A DNA stretch of 64,000 bases from Spirochaetia bacterium (lineage in GTDB: Bacteria; Spirochaetota; Spirochaetia; SZUA-6; Bin103). Below the pieces are notes generated by a model. That model saw nothing but the letters and a program-made list of their open reading frames with translations, ran no database searches and had not been told where the DNA came from. Of this stretch, positions 1 to 11,153 are shown piece by piece (the stretch's first letter is position 1; each line of letters opens with the position of its first letter). The stretch lies in assembly GCA_965203905.1 (NCBI GenBank), contig CBDBDQ010000003.1, positions 42,777 to 106,776 of the forward strand, in the 5' to 3' direction. A program made the translations under genes and the position numbers.

Positions 1-358
1 TCGGCAGAGCATGCGAAGGGTCTCTCTCACCGGCCCGCTTGCGAAGGTAGATCGCCGACTTGACAGCGATGTGCTTTTCGCGTTCTGAGCGGCTGTTGGA
101 TCTCCAGCCATGGTACTCCATGATCGCGGTGGCATCCTTGACCGTGACGAAGATGCCAGCGCCGACCACACGTAGGGCGGCGGCAAACGCCTCGGCGGTC
201 GTGGGCCTCCGCTCGGATTGCTGCTCCTGCTTTTGGCGGCGGGCGGTGATCTCGTTGAGCCTCTCTGCACCACCCAGCTTGGCGGCGGCGATCAGTTCGT
301 CGAGGGACAAAGAAGCGGTAGCCGTTTCATCGGCGTGGTTGTGGTCTCGATCAGCCAT
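1..358 (-). CDS. hypothetical protein, winged-helix-like, runs off the window edge; paralogue of 36220..36600
   Basis: Own translation from ATG 358: MADRDHNHADE...TTAEAFAAALRVVGAGIFVTVKDATAIMEYHGW...AVKSAIYLRKR...HALP, open to base 1; aligns by eye with the 36.2 kb ORF. Confidence 0.6.
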   Translation of the reverse strand, partial: MADRDHNHADETATASLSLDELIAAAKLGGAERLNEITARRQKQEQQSERRPTTAEAFAAALRVVGAGIFVTVKDATAIMEYHGWRSNSRSEREKHIAVKSAIYLRKRAGERDPSHALP

Positions 359-832
359 GGGCGTCTGTGAGCTTGCAGTAGGAACGCTCATGATAAAATT
401 GTCGGCGCGCTGTTGAGACCGGATTATGTCCAAAGCCCCGGCCCCAGGAAGGTCCGGAGTTAGGGGCCACCCCCCGGAGTCGGAGGCGATCTGCTGTGGA
501 TGCAGGAGCACGGACTCTCCTGGTCTTGGAAGAGGACGGACGACAGTCGGCCCGCTAGTGCATTCTGTGTGCTACTGTGTGCGTGGCCTGCGTGGCCGGG
601 CTTGCTGGCGAAACCGGTACGAGGTACCGTACTACGGCCTGGAGCAACCTCTGGCAGACAACCCGCGCGCGAGGTGTGCCGGCGGCCAACGCCGTGCGCC
701 ACTTGGGCGGTTTCCAGCCGCGCGCTGGCGGACCGGGTAAAAGGCAGTGCAAGATACACTGGCTAAGAGAGATTCCGGACGCCACGACTGACTACAACCC
801 CAGGCGTTCGGCCGAGGTCAGGAGATAACCAC

Positions 833-1666
833 GTGCAGAGACACATCGCCCTGGTGACGCTCGTGCTGGCGGTTGCATCGGTGGCGGCGCCGCAGAGCAA
901 GAACGACTTCGAGTACTGGGACGCAAACAGCAACGGCGACTTGACGTGCGCCGAGGCGGAAGGGCGCGACGAAGGACTCCGACTGCCTGCGTATCAGGAC
1001 AACCGGGACAGAACCGGAACGATCTTCGAATGGCTGGAGCGGAAGCGGAGCAGCGACACGGACCGCGACGGCATGGCCTGCGACAGCAGTGCCAACCCGA
1101 ACGGCTACATCCCGGGCAGCAGTACCACGATCACGTCGGAAACAGCATCGGACAAGTGCGATGCGGCCGAGACGTGGATGGGGCTTCTGGTCTGCGCCGA
1201 GCCTGCGCGGCGCACCGGCTACAGTCGCGATGCCTACGGTAGCGCGTATGGACGGCTTGAAGACGAGATCGTTGCTGGGCTGCCGCAGGTCGGAGGCAAG
1301 GTCTATACGCCCTACACGTGTACGCCGTTCGACATCGAAGCAGACGGAACCGCGGCGACCGACATCGAACACATCGTCGCGTTGGCTGAAGCGCACGACT
1401 CGGGCATTACGGCTGGAGATCGGCGCGCACTCGCGTCCGACCCGCTCAACCTGACCATAGCGGTCCCGAGCGTGAACCAGAACGAGAAGGGCGACAGGGA
1501 TGCAGGCGAATGGGGGCCGCTGGAGAATCGGGGCTGGTACGCAGCGCAGGTGGTTGCAGTAAAGCGGAAGTACGGCCTTACGGTAGACCCCGCTGAACGG
1601 GATGCTCTGGCACAGATGCTAAGGAACGACGCTAGCCGAACCGTGACATGCTTGCAAGAAACGTAG
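833..1666 (+). CDS. secreted DUF1524/GmrSD-C-type HNH nuclease with N-terminal excalibur-like Ca-binding segment
   Basis: RBS AGGAG; signal peptide; DANSNGDLTCAEA...DTDRDGMAC; DIEHIVALAEAHDSG...NLTIAVPSVNQNEKGDRDAGEW motifs. Confidence 0.8.
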   Translation: MQRHIALVTLVLAVASVAAPQSKNDFEYWDANSNGDLTCAEAEGRDEGLRLPAYQDNRDRTGTIFEWLERKRSSDTDRDGMACDSSANPNGYIPGSSTTITSETASDKCDAAETWMGLLVCAEPARRTGYSRDAYGSAYGRLEDEIVAGLPQVGGKVYTPYTCTPFDIEADGTAATDIEHIVALAEAHDSGITAGDRRALASDPLNLTIAVPSVNQNEKGDRDAGEWGPLENRGWYAAQVVAVKRKYGLTVDPAERDALAQMLRNDASRTVTCLQET

Positions 1667-2374
1667 GATAATGCAACTCTTATACACGCTGGCACGATGG
1701 CCACGGCACAGACCGGGAGTGGCGGCCGGCTGGGGTTTGATTCATGCTTCCAGGGAGATAGATGGCAGCCACATCATGAGGATGCGAATGCAGCATGGCG
1801 TCGACGAAAACGACGAGTGCGAGCTGACCTTATTCAGCGGCGGCCGAATTGGACCCGCGAAGAGCGTTCAGCGAGAACGTGCGCGGCTGCTTCGCCTCGC
1901 TCTCCCGCACTGACCACACCATCCTGGATGTCGGTGCGCCGGAGCGCATCCGTAGCGCGCTATGCCACCGGGTAGATGTCGGCCACCTTCTCCCGGGCCG
2001 GTGAGCCGCGTGGCAGGATTGCATACCGACCCCGGCGGCAGCCCCGTTACCCGTACACGAGCCCGATGCCGGCGCAGCTGGTAGCAGTAGCTCCACGGCC
2101 GCGCTGACATAGGGCTCCTAGTGTGGCTGTGGCAGATTCGGCAGCGGCGGCCGCCAGCAGCAGGGCGACCGTTTTGCGGTTGCCGCGCATCACAGGTTGC
2201 TACGGCCGCGGAGATACCGACGGGCGAACCAGCTTCTGGCGGTGCTGCGGCGTGACTGCTCCGCACGGCACGGCGATGACCGCGAAGGTCTCGGCGACGG
2301 GGATCTGATGAAGCATGGCTTCCACCTCCTGTAGTCAGCCCTGACCGAAAGGAGTGGAGTCGGGCCGTGTTGAC

Positions 2375-2461
2375 AGTGATCCACCGCGTGCTCAGCACAA
2401 GATGAGGTTCCTGGCTATTCGCTCCGAAGTCGGGTAGCTATTCCCGGCCCCACGTGGAACT
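2375..2461. repeat. copy A of a diverged, approximately 90-bp structured intergenic element (copy B at 6494-6590)
   Basis: Shared GTGCTCAGCACA...TTCCTG...TATTC(G/A)CTCCG...GGGTAGCTA(T/C)TCCCG...CCCACGTGGA. Confidence 0.65.
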
Positions 2462-2480
2462 ACCGCGCGGATGCGGCCAC

Positions 2481-3278
2481 TCATTCACACCCCGGAATGC
2501 GGGCGGTCAAGTCGCAGCCGCGCACGTGGGTCAGGTCCGCTTCCTCAAGGTCCGCCTCCCACAAGTTGGCGGCTTGCAGGTTCGCATCTGCCAACTTGGC
2601 ATCGGCAAGCACAGCACCGCCGCTCAGGTTGGCGCCGGACAGGTCGGCGCCGGTCAGGTCCGCACCGGCCAGCTCCGCGCCGGACAGGTCGGCGCTAGTC
2701 AGGCTGGCACCGGCCAGATTGGCACTGGTCAAGTCGGCGGTCCGGAGATTGGCGGCGTGCAGGTGTGCACCGAGCAGCTTGGCGGCGGGTAGGTCAGCAA
2801 AGGCCAGGATTGCGCCGCCCAGCATTGCGCCGCGCAGGTCCGCTTCGGTCAGGTTCACGCCGAAAAGGAGCGTATAGGCGAGCTCGGCGCCGCGCAGGTC
2901 GGCGCTGGTCAGGTCGGCATGGGCTAGGGTTGCGGCGAACAGCTTGGCTTCGCGCAAGTTCGCGTTGGTCAGGTCAGCGCCGACCAGGGTTGCGCCGCGC
3001 AGGTTAGCGGCTTGCAGGTTAGCGCCGCGTAAGTTAGCACCGACCAGGGTTGCACCGATCAGGACAGCATTGCGCAGGTCGGCGCCGCGTAGGTCAGCCT
3101 CCCACAGCTGCGCACCGGCCAGCTCCGCGCCGGCGCAGTCCGGCATGCATTCCGGCAGGGCGCCTGCGTCAGCCGCGATCGCCGCTAGGAAGGCAATGGC
3201 GAGCAGGCGCAGGCGCGCGCATTGGTCGAGCGGTGGCGTTCGCTGGCGGGCGCACCAGCACGGCCCCGCCACCGTCAC
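2481..3278 (-). CDS. pentapeptide-repeat protein, probably exported (start uncertain)
   Basis: Long A(D/N)LxG-type repeats preceded by hydrophobic LLAIAFLAAIAADAGA. Confidence 0.85.
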   Translation of the reverse strand: MTVAGPCWCARQRTPPLDQCARLRLLAIAFLAAIAADAGALPECMPDCAGAELAGAQLWEADLRGADLRNAVLIGATLVGANLRGANLQAANLRGATLVGADLTNANLREAKLFAATLAHADLTSADLRGAELAYTLLFGVNLTEADLRGAMLGGAILAFADLPAAKLLGAHLHAANLRTADLTSANLAGASLTSADLSGAELAGADLTGADLSGANLSGGAVLADAKLADANLQAANLWEADLEEADLTHVRGCDLTARIPGCE

Positions 3279-3441
3279 GGCGTCTCCTGTGGTTCTGGCC
3301 GGCTGGAAGCGGCCGCCGGGGGACCGGCGCGGCGCACCTCGGCTACCTCACTGCGGATGAACAGCAGTAGCGGCACCAGCATTTCGACCGGGCCAAGCAG
3401 GCCAACGGCGGCGCCGACGATGGCGACGGCTTTCGTGCTCA
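3274..3441 (-). CDS. small membrane peptide or fragment (hydrophobic N-terminus, short coiled coil)
   Basis: MSTKAVAIVGAAVGLLGPVEMLVPLLLFIRSEVAEVRR...ETP*; resembles the 27192 remnant. Confidence 0.35.
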
Positions 3442-3668
3442 TGGCTGGCGCCCACCGATCATTCGTCAGCCTCCCAGCAGCCGGTCAGCCGTCGGGTAGC
3501 GTCGCAGCCCACCACGCCGGTCAAGTTCGCGCCGCGTAGGTCAGCCGTGGCGAGATTGGCAAGGGTAACGAACGCCGCCTGTAAGGAACGCCGCTCAGGT
3601 CGGCGCCCCCGAGATTGGCGAACGCCCAAGCCATGTCCGTACGTTCGTTCTCCGCCATCCGATCACGT

Positions 3669-6446
3669 TCAACGCAGGTCGGCCGATCCTCGGTAGATAC
3701 CATGAATCACCTCGTAGGTTGCCGGGTCGTACGCCTTGAGTTCGTCGGCGCAGTGCAGATCGGGTTGTGTGCCGCCAGCGCTGCCGACGCAGAAATAGAT
3801 TGCCGACATCTCGGCAAAGAACTCCGCATCATTGGTCATAGCATAACCGCTCCAAAGGTTCGCTATGTACGGTTTCTCGAAGTGCTCTTCGATATCCCAC
3901 TGTTTTTCGTGGAGTTTGCCCCAGACCCCGTGGGCCATCTCGTGAACGCAGACGGCAAAGTCGTCTTCCGGGCACAGGATGATGTAGCTGGCTATCCCCC
4001 TTGGCGGAAAGAAGACCGCATCGCAGTCGAGCCCGAGCACGTCGGCGTAAGTGTCAGGGAAGTCGTTGCAAAGATCTTCGGAGGAACCGTACAGAACGGC
4101 AAAAGGAGGTGCATATTGCTGTTCGTTAAGCGGCAACGCTGTGTCCGGGAGCGAGCTGAGGGCGCGCGCGAGGTCTGGGCGGTGTTGCAGCATTGTGGAG
4201 GATGCAAGACTTACCCTGTCGAGTCCGGCCTGTGAGACCGCGTTGTTGCTGGTAGCACAGAGCGTGCCAGTGGCGGACACCCTATCAAGCAGCGGGTATC
4301 GCGTGGGGTAGGGGCAGCGTGGATCGCGGTTCTGTGGGCGATTATCATTGTAAATGCCGATCTCGAAATAATACGGCTCGCCTACGGTGTAGCCGGAGCT
4401 GCTGAACACGCGCACGCCTACGGCGGAGTTCCCGATGGCGTCGTGAATCGTGATCCGCACCGGCGCCGATGTTGCTCCTTTGGGAACCGATATGGACGAA
4501 GGGTGGCTGTAGACATCAAATCCTGGATCACCGAGATTAATCGTGAGCGGCTGTGGCGCTGGAATCGACAGGAGAAGCAGAGCCTCGACCGTTCCTACGG
4601 TGTCCCAGACATCCACTCCTGCGCGACCCCAGTGATTCGTCTGGGCTGACGAGAACGACACCACAGGTAGCGGGGCGCACGTTTCTGGGATGACACCTAT
4701 CGTATTGCCGTTTTCGTCAGCGCTGCTTCGGCAGCCACAGAAAGTCGGATCTGAGCGCAGGGCTTCCTCGCATGATGCGTACCGCTTTTTAATATAGATG
4801 ATAACCAGGACATGGTTGTACTGAGGGTTCTCTCTGGTGGAGGCCGTGTAGCCGCTGACTTCATATCCTTCCCCAGGCACCAAAAGAACGTTGGTGCCGA
4901 TGACCTCACCAGCAGGAATTTTGGTGCCGGCGAGCGTCCTAGCAGAAGCAGGATAGTAGTCTATGAGTGGTACCACGATAGTGGCACTCGAAGCGCCAGC
5001 GGGCACCGTCACCGAACTCTTCAGTACTTCTTGCTCTGGGTGATACGGCGTCGAAAACTCGATCGAAAGAGTCTGCGTGGCAGGCTTCGACAGGTTGATG
5101 AGCACGTCCACCGACTCCTCCGCCCCGAGGACGTGATCCACCCGTGTCTCGGGCTTTGCGAACGACACAACAGGCAGCGCGGCGTCATTGTCAAACACCG
5201 TCACGCTGGCCGAACTCGGAGAGCCGATCGTGTAGCCCGTGCCGGGCCAGATATCCGCCCTCACCGATCCGTCCGGACGGTCCACGTCATCGTCGATGGT
5301 GGCGACCCTCCAGACGGCCGAAGACGTGTTCGCCGCGATGGTCAGAGTCTCTATGCCCCGACGCTCCGGGTCGACCAAGGTGACATCACCCACAGTGGTC
5401 AGTTGTATCGCTAGCGCGCTGGCGGGCGCTGGTGTTGCATGTACCGTGAATGCTGCTAAGCCGCCTTCGGTTACCGCAGCGCCGCCCGTGATGCTCACCA
5501 CAACAGGCGCGGTTGGCGCGGCGTCATTGTCGGCCACCGTTACGCTGGTCGAGCTCGGAGAGCCGACCGTGTAGCCCGTGCCGTGGCGGAGGGCCGCCGT
5601 CAACGATCCGTCCGGCTCGTCTACGTCATCGTCGATGGTGACGACCCTCCAGACGGCCGAAGACGTGTTCGCCGCGATAGTCAGAGTCTGTGCGCCACGA
5701 CTCGCCGCAGCGATAAAGGCTCCACTCTGGGCGATGTTCAGTTGTATCGCCAGCGCAGTGGCCGGCGTGGGCGTTGATTGTACCGTGAAAGTTGCTGTGC
5801 CACCTTCGGTTACCGCGGGCCCGCCCGTGATGCTTAGCACTGGTAAAGACGGCGGCGGCGGTGGTGTTCGGTCGTTGATGGCCACCGTAACCGAGGACGG
5901 GCTCCCAGCCGTCACCTCCGGCGGCAGGTTGCCCAACGCAATCGAAAAGGTCTCGTCGTCCGTGTCGGCATCGTCCATCGTCGTAATACGCCCGCTGCCG
6001 GTAAGACTGTTGGCGGGAATGGTGATGCGCGCCAGCCGACCGTAGTCGTCGGGCTCAGCGGTGCCTGGTGTCAGCGTCAGCGGGACAGTCACCGAGCTGT
6101 TCAGCGTCCGTGACAGTGTTGCCCGCACCGTGACCGGGTCACCCTCGTTCACAGGGTTCGGGGTTGCCGCCAGACTCACCGTCGGCGGTGTTTGCGGGCC
6201 GGTCTCGCCGGGCGGCCCCGGCTCGCCTTGCGGCCCGGCCGGACCCTCTGGCCCCTGCGGCCCGGTTTCCCCTGGCGGTCCTTGCTCCCCCGGTTCGCCT
6301 TGCGGCCCAGCCGGCCCGGTCTCTCCGGGCGCTCCGTCTTCTCCAGCCGGTCCGGGCGGCCCTGGCGGGCCGATCATCCAATCGCACCCCCCCAAAGCTA
6401 TAACCAAGATCAGTCCGAGGACGGTTCGGCGCGCGGCGTGTACCAT
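3669..6446 (-). CDS. lipoprotein with collagen-like GXY repeats, Calx-beta-like repeats and C-terminal zincin (HEXXH) metallopeptidase domain
   Basis: Lipobox LGGC; about 20 Gly-X-Y triplets; repeated ...[13 protein letters not shown]...[16 protein letters not shown] units; VHEMAHG...[12 protein letters not shown] (lethal-factor/MtfA-like). Confidence 0.85.
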   Translation of the reverse strand: MVHAARRTVLGLILVIALGGCDWMIGPPGPPGPAGEDGAPGETGPAGPQGEPGEQGPPGETGPQGPEGPAGPQGEPGPPGETGPQTPPTVSLAATPNPVNEGDPVTVRATLSRTLNSSVTVPLTLTPGTAEPDDYGRLARITIPANSLTGSGRITTMDDADTDDETFSIALGNLPPEVTAGSPSSVTVAINDRTPPPPPSLPVLSITGGPAVTEGGTATFTVQSTPTPATALAIQLNIAQSGAFIAAASRGAQTLTIAANTSSAVWRVVTIDDDVDEPDGSLTAALRHGTGYTVGSPSSTSVTVADNDAAPTAPVVVSITGGAAVTEGGLAAFTVHATPAPASALAIQLTTVGDVTLVDPERRGIETLTIAANTSSAVWRVATIDDDVDRPDGSVRADIWPGTGYTIGSPSSASVTVFDNDAALPVVSFAKPETRVDHVLGAEESVDVLINLSKPATQTLSIEFSTPYHPEQEVLKSSVTVPAGASSATIVVPLIDYYPASARTLAGTKIPAGEVIGTNVLLVPGEGYEVSGYTASTRENPQYNHVLVIIYIKKRYASCEEALRSDPTFCGCRSSADENGNTIGVIPETCAPLPVVSFSSAQTNHWGRAGVDVWDTVGTVEALLLLSIPAPQPLTINLGDPGFDVYSHPSSISVPKGATSAPVRITIHDAIGNSAVGVRVFSSSGYTVGEPYYFEIGIYNDNRPQNRDPRCPYPTRYPLLDRVSATGTLCATSNNAVSQAGLDRVSLASSTMLQHRPDLARALSSLPDTALPLNEQQYAPPFAVLYGSSEDLCNDFPDTYADVLGLDCDAVFFPPRGIASYIILCPEDDFAVCVHEMAHGVWGKLHEKQWDIEEHFEKPYIANLWSGYAMTNDAEFFAEMSAIYFCVGSAGGTQPDLHCADELKAYDPATYEVIHGIYRGSADLR

Positions 6447-6493
6447 CTGCTTCCTCCCGGCCGGAGCCGGAAGGCGCCGGGCCGTTTCGAGAG

Positions 6494-6590
6494 CAGTTCA
6501 CCACGTGCTCAGCACACAGAGGATTCCTGTTGGTTCTCTGGCATATTCACTCCGGGATTGGGTAGCTACTCCCGCTCCCACGTGGAGCTG
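6494..6590. repeat. copy B of the structured element, in the 5' leader of the collagen lipoprotein gene
   Basis: Ends CAGTTCACCACGTG / CACGTGGAGCTG can pair; sequence similar to 2375-2461. Confidence 0.65.
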
Positions 6591-7283
6591 TTGTATTCCA
6601 CCAGCGACCCGGCATGAACCGAGACGTGATGAACTACTCTCGTGGGCGTCATTGTATGCACAAGGTGCAGGCAGTCAACCAAACCTTGGGCCGTGAGATG
6701 CGGGAGATACGCAGCGGGCTGCCAGTCCTGGGGAGGCTTCGAGCGCTTCGCCTACGTCAGCGACCTGCGAACGCTGCAGGCTGAGTTAGCCGAGCTGAAG
6801 CGCGCTTCGGGCGAGTAGCGCCAGGGCGAGATTTGCTGGGCCGGTCCCACGGTGTTGGATAGATGCTGAGCCACCTCCAGCGACAGCCGTTCCGCCGGAG
6901 CGACAGGTAAACCGCCACGCCGGGCCCATGGCGCTGTTGTTGATTGAGAGTCCCCAATCGACCGACGGGACCGCGGAGGCCCGCGAGAAGAGCTGCGTTG
7001 CCGGTGCCGGCCGGTCGCTGCGCCTGCACCACGCTGGCGCCATCGTGCGTCACGGTGGGTACGTGACCCGTCGGGCCGGTCATCCTCGTGATTGTCCAGG
7101 GCGGCGCTCAGGAGACGACCGTCTACGGCAAGCGCCACCGAGTGGTAAGCGACAAGCTGCTGATCAAGCTGCAGGCGGGCGAAGATACGGGTGCCATGGC
7201 CCTGATGCCGCGCGACGGTGAAATGGCCCGGCTGGCGGAACGCCAGTCATGGGTCGACGCGGCGTGCCTGGAGGTTACCAGCA

Positions 7284-8000
7284 TCAGATAGCCCGCGCGC
7301 GGGCTTTCCTCAAAGGCAACGTCACGGCGCCGCGCCGGTAGCCTTTCGGGACGCTCTCGATGGATGCCTGCAGCCGTACCCTAAGCGGCTCGGTGCTGCG
7401 CCAATCGAAGGGTGTCCCTTGATCGGTCACGAAGTCCGACATCGGGATTCTGAACCGATATCCCGCACGAAGACGCTCCAGGTAGCGCGGATACCGATAG
7501 CGCCCGTTTAGTACGATCCTGATGGAGAACCAGGCATAGCGGTCGCGGTTCGTGACGAGTAGGTTGCCTTGGCGATCAGTGGCCACTTCGGCGGTCAACG
7601 GCTTGGGAGTGCGGCGACGCCGGTAGACTCTCCGAACCAAGAAGCCGAGCCCCGCGCGAGGGTTCTTCGGGTCGAACATGACGTTCTGACTGCGGCTGTG
7701 CATGTGGTCAGGCCGCCCCTTGGACACTTCCTTCAGGGCTTCACGATCCTGTTCGGAGATGGCTATCCACCGCTTGCCGTTCCACTGTTCCCACCCCCGG
7801 CCGAGGCCATCTGGCTCCAGGATATCGCCGAGCGTGGGGACCAGCACATGCCATGTTCGGTGGCTATGCAGCGTCCCGACACTCGGACCGTAGCGACCGC
7901 TTACGGTGCGGAGCGAGATCCCGCGTACCAGGTCACCGTCGATCGCGGCGCGAGAGGGGTGAGAGCAGACCTTACAGCGGCGGGCCACTTCGGAAACCAT
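7284..8000 (-). CDS. hypothetical protein with phage-type Zn/HTH N-terminus
   Basis: RCKVCSHPSRAAIDGDLVRGISLRTVSGRYGPSVGTLHSHRTWH pattern. Confidence 0.55.
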   Translation of the reverse strand: MVSEVARRCKVCSHPSRAAIDGDLVRGISLRTVSGRYGPSVGTLHSHRTWHVLVPTLGDILEPDGLGRGWEQWNGKRWIAISEQDREALKEVSKGRPDHMHSRSQNVMFDPKNPRAGLGFLVRRVYRRRRTPKPLTAEVATDRQGNLLVTNRDRYAWFSIRIVLNGRYRYPRYLERLRAGYRFRIPMSDFVTDQGTPFDWRSTEPLRVRLQASIESVPKGYRRGAVTLPLRKARARAI

Positions 8001-8213
8001 AGTACCGCCCCTGGATCGACGCACCAAGTGAGCGGTCCGATGCGCGTCAGTTTGAAACCAGAGCCTGGGTAGTAGCCCCCTCCATCGAGCGGCATCGCTC
8101 TTCCAGCGAGCGCCGTTGGCGACCAGCCTGAGGCGACCGAGACGCCGATCGTGGTGGCGAGGGATAGTCGTGCCCGTAAAGGCAGCACTCCCTGTCCCCG
8201 ATATTCGAGGGAC

Positions 8214-8909
8214 ATGCTGTTTGATGGGTTCGCTGGATGGGTCGCCAAGTGGTGGTGGTTGATTACTCTCGTTGTCGTTGTCGTCATCCTGCTCATCCCA
8301 GGGAAGCGTTCTCACCGGCAGAAGAAAAAAGGGCATTCGAGCGGCACAGGACCACAGCAGCGACGCGTGGGCTCGCGGTCATCTGGAGTGCAGCTCCGCC
8401 CCGCGCATCGGGGCGAGACACCCACCTTCCCCGCGCACCGGGTCGATAGCCACACCATTCGCGCTCGCTGGGTAGAGGGCCCTACCCGTACGATCATGGG
8501 CAGAGCGTATGTGACGGACGGCGACGGGATACGGGTCGCCAGAAAGGAAGTGCGCCTCGCCGGCCTTGACGCGCCCGAATGGGATCAGATGGCCAAACAT
8601 CAGAACGGATACTGGTTCAACCACGGGAAGCGCGTGAAGAGCGCGCTCATTCAGGAAATTGGCGGCAAGCATGTCAGTGTGACGGTCGAGAGCGTGGATA
8701 AGTTTGGGCGGCTAGTCGGCACTGTGACCTGCGAGGGCAGAGACATCGGTGAATGGATGGTGCGGGAAGGACTTGCCATCGCCGCCTACCATGACCGCTA
8801 CAGGCAAGTCGAGCGGGGGGCGCGTGAAGCGAGGCGCGGCATGTGGGCACACGCCCACAACTTCGATCCCAGGGCGCACCGACACCGTGAGCGGCGAAGG
8901 ATTGAGTAA
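8214..8909 (+). CDS. membrane-anchored thermonuclease (SNase-like)
   Basis: N-terminal TM; VTDGDGI, VRLAGLDAPE, DKFGRLVG, MVREGLA, AREARRGMW motifs. Confidence 0.9.
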   Translation: MLFDGFAGWVAKWWWLITLVVVVVILLIPGKRSHRQKKKGHSSGTGPQQRRVGSRSSGVQLRPAHRGETPTFPAHRVDSHTIRARWVEGPTRTIMGRAYVTDGDGIRVARKEVRLAGLDAPEWDQMAKHQNGYWFNHGKRVKSALIQEIGGKHVSVTVESVDKFGRLVGTVTCEGRDIGEWMVREGLAIAAYHDRYRQVERGAREARRGMWAHAHNFDPRAHRHRERRRIE

Positions 8910-9029
8910 CGTTTAGCTCGCCGCGTGACGTGCAGTGCCAACAGGGTGGATTCTCAGACTGACGCACTAACGGAGCGGTCTGCTCGTTCCACCGGCCTCT
9001 CGTCGTGTGATAGACTGGTGCTCCCTAAA

Positions 9030-9617
9030 ATGATGACTGTGACCGAACGCCGCAAGCGTGCTGAAATCATGTTGATCCAGCGAGTCATGTATAAGACGCC
9101 CTACCTGAAGCTTTGGCGGACGGCCTACCCCAAAACCAAATGCAACAACGAGAATAGCGCCGGCGAGATGGTCCGGCGCGAACTTCGAAAGCTTCCAGCT
9201 CTCCGCGCCGAGGAGAGAGCCGCGCGCCGTCTGCCACCCCCACCGCAGACCCCGGAGGATAGCGAACCTGAGGTGCCCAGCGAGCCAGCGCCGCCGCCGA
9301 AGATGAAGAAGTGTCTGGGAGTCGCCGGTAGGCAGTGCGATCAGGAAATCGTCGTGTTCCGGAATCGGAAGCGGTGCGCGAGCTGTGCGAAGGAGGTCCG
9401 GCGACTGCAGCAGCGCCCCCACAAACGGAAGTACGGTCGAAATCACCGCGAGGAGCTGCGCACGAAGCGTCGCCAGCGGCGCAGATTTGACAGCTTTATG
9501 GAGGCGAGAAAGAAGGAGCGAGAGCGGGTCGCCGCCCTGCCGGAAGTAGTGTACGAGCCCGGTGGGAAGATCTTTGTGGTGAACCCAGATACGGGCCAGC
9601 GAGAACGCTTACGCTAG
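9030..9617 (+). CDS. hypothetical protein with terminase-small-subunit-like HTH N-terminus and CxxC motif
   Basis: N-terminus resembles the next ORF; CASC motif; basic C-terminus. Confidence 0.5.
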   Translation: MMTVTERRKRAEIMLIQRVMYKTPYLKLWRTAYPKTKCNNENSAGEMVRRELRKLPALRAEERAARRLPPPPQTPEDSEPEVPSEPAPPPKMKKCLGVAGRQCDQEIVVFRNRKRCASCAKEVRRLQQRPHKRKYGRNHREELRTKRRQRRRFDSFMEARKKERERVAALPEVVYEPGGKIFVVNPDTGQRERLR

Positions 9618-9656
9618 GATCGATCCACGGATCTCTATTGGTATACCGACGATAGC

Positions 9657-10163
9657 ATGCCGAAAAGAAAGGCCGAAGAGACCATGACTGACAAGAAGCG
9701 CAAGTTCTTGGCCGAAGAGATTCTTGTCCTGATTGAGCAAGGTAAGACGAGGGCCGAGGCCTGGCGTCTCACCCACCCGGAATCCGATGCCAAGCCGGAC
9801 AGCATGCGAGTCATGTGCAGCAACCTGCTCGCGTGGTACAACAAGAAATATCCAACTGGGTACGAGCAGCTCATGCGGCGCCTGAGGGCACAAGAGAGAC
9901 GTCGTAACCGACGACGCGTGAGGCCCCAAGAGAGTCATCACCAAGGCGGTCGACACGCACGCGATCAGGCGGCGGCGCCAATGCAGCCCGAGACTGATGA
10001 GGAGCGCCTTGAAGAACTGCTACTCGACAGGGAGCTAGAGGGGGATGAAGCACCCCCCTGGGTGGATGAAGAAATCGCCAAGCTGCGCGCTAAGGGGGTG
10101 CGCGCTCGCCAGCAGCGCGACCCAGATCCACCGCCAACAGACGAGGGTACCCGGGGCACCTAG
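9657..10163 (+). CDS. terminase-small-subunit-like HTH protein
   Basis: TDKKRKFLAEEILVLIEQGKTRAEAWRLTHPESDAKPDSMRVMCSNLL resembles TerS N-termini. Confidence 0.5.
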   Translation: MPKRKAEETMTDKKRKFLAEEILVLIEQGKTRAEAWRLTHPESDAKPDSMRVMCSNLLAWYNKKYPTGYEQLMRRLRAQERRRNRRRVRPQESHHQGGRHARDQAAAPMQPETDEERLEELLLDRELEGDEAPPWVDEEIAKLRAKGVRARQQRDPDPPPTDEGTRGT

Positions 10164-10936
10164 CCCAACCCCGCTTCACCTGCTGCTCGGGCGCTTCGCG
10201 CCACGGCACGGCACCGACGCTGACGACGCAGGCTTCGATGATTCTGCGGGCCGGCGCCGGCTCCTCGGCTCGCCACGCCGGACCAGGCCGCAGCAGATCG
10301 CCGTCACCCCCCACAGAGCTGCCCTCACTGGCCCACAGGTCACCGCCCGGTGATCGCGGCGCGAGCCGGCGCCTTCTCACGAATTCTGAGCGTGTTCAGC
10401 AGGCTCAATCGTTCAAATAGGCCGATGTCCTAGGTACAGTTAACGATTAGAGCGCAACGACGAAGGGGCCTAAACATATTACACTTAGATTATATATCGG
10501 TTACGTGATTTCATGCTGTCACGGAGAATAGTTGTGTTTCCACGATGAATCGGGCGATCTGCGCCGCAGTGTGCGCGCGCGTGGATGCGTGCGAGGTGCC
10601 GGCCGCTGGGCAGTCTTCCTCACCACCCCCCTGGTGCAGATCACTGGTGATGCAGTTGCGCTGTCGTGCGGCATGGGCGATGCCCCGGGGCAGGGCTTTA
10701 GCCGTGGCGCCGCAGGCCCTACTAAAGGCCGGGGGTGCGGGGGGGGGCAGCCCCAGGCAGTGCACCTACGCCCTGAGTGACGAGTGCGCGTCCGCATTGA
10801 GGGTCTGCGCTTCGGATCGGGCAGGGTTACGTCCTCAGTGACAACTCTCCGCGCTCCAGCCTCCCGGGATAGCGCCGAGCGCAGCGGATTGGGGACGCGC
10901 CGTCTCCGAAGTTGCCGCTCGGATCTAGAGCACCGC

Positions 10937-11093
10937 GGACACTTCGGACACTTCATTCCTACCCGTTTTGTTTTCTTTGTTTTGCCGTTTCTCGACACTA
11001 GAGGAAGTGTCTAAAGCGTCCCAAGTGTCTTATCGTTTTGTCCACAAGGACTTAGCTGCGGACACTTCCGAATTGAAGTGTCCTGAAGTGTCC
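10937..11093. repeat. iteron-like GGACACTTC/GAAGTGTCC cluster, putative replication origin
   Basis: GGACACTTC at 10937, 10946, 11060; GAAGTGTC(C) at 11004, 11075, 11085; partial copies at 10994 and 11023; T-rich spacer; directly downstream of the VapE gene. Confidence 0.7.
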
Positions 11094-11153
11094 AAGCGCG
11101 GTTGACGGGAGCGCAGCAGCCCTATGCGGGCGTGGAGGCGCTCGCCGGCGCGG

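Noticed and set aside
2497-3360. Plus-strand repetitive ORFs
   Set aside because: Antisense shadows of the pentapeptide-repeat gene.
10466-10505. AT-rich patch as a canonical dif site
   Set aside because: Arms do not fit the 11-6-11 consensus.
10680-10760. G-rich hairpins as oriT or rolling-circle dso
   Set aside because: No relaxase or HUH Rep gene in the window; resemblance only.
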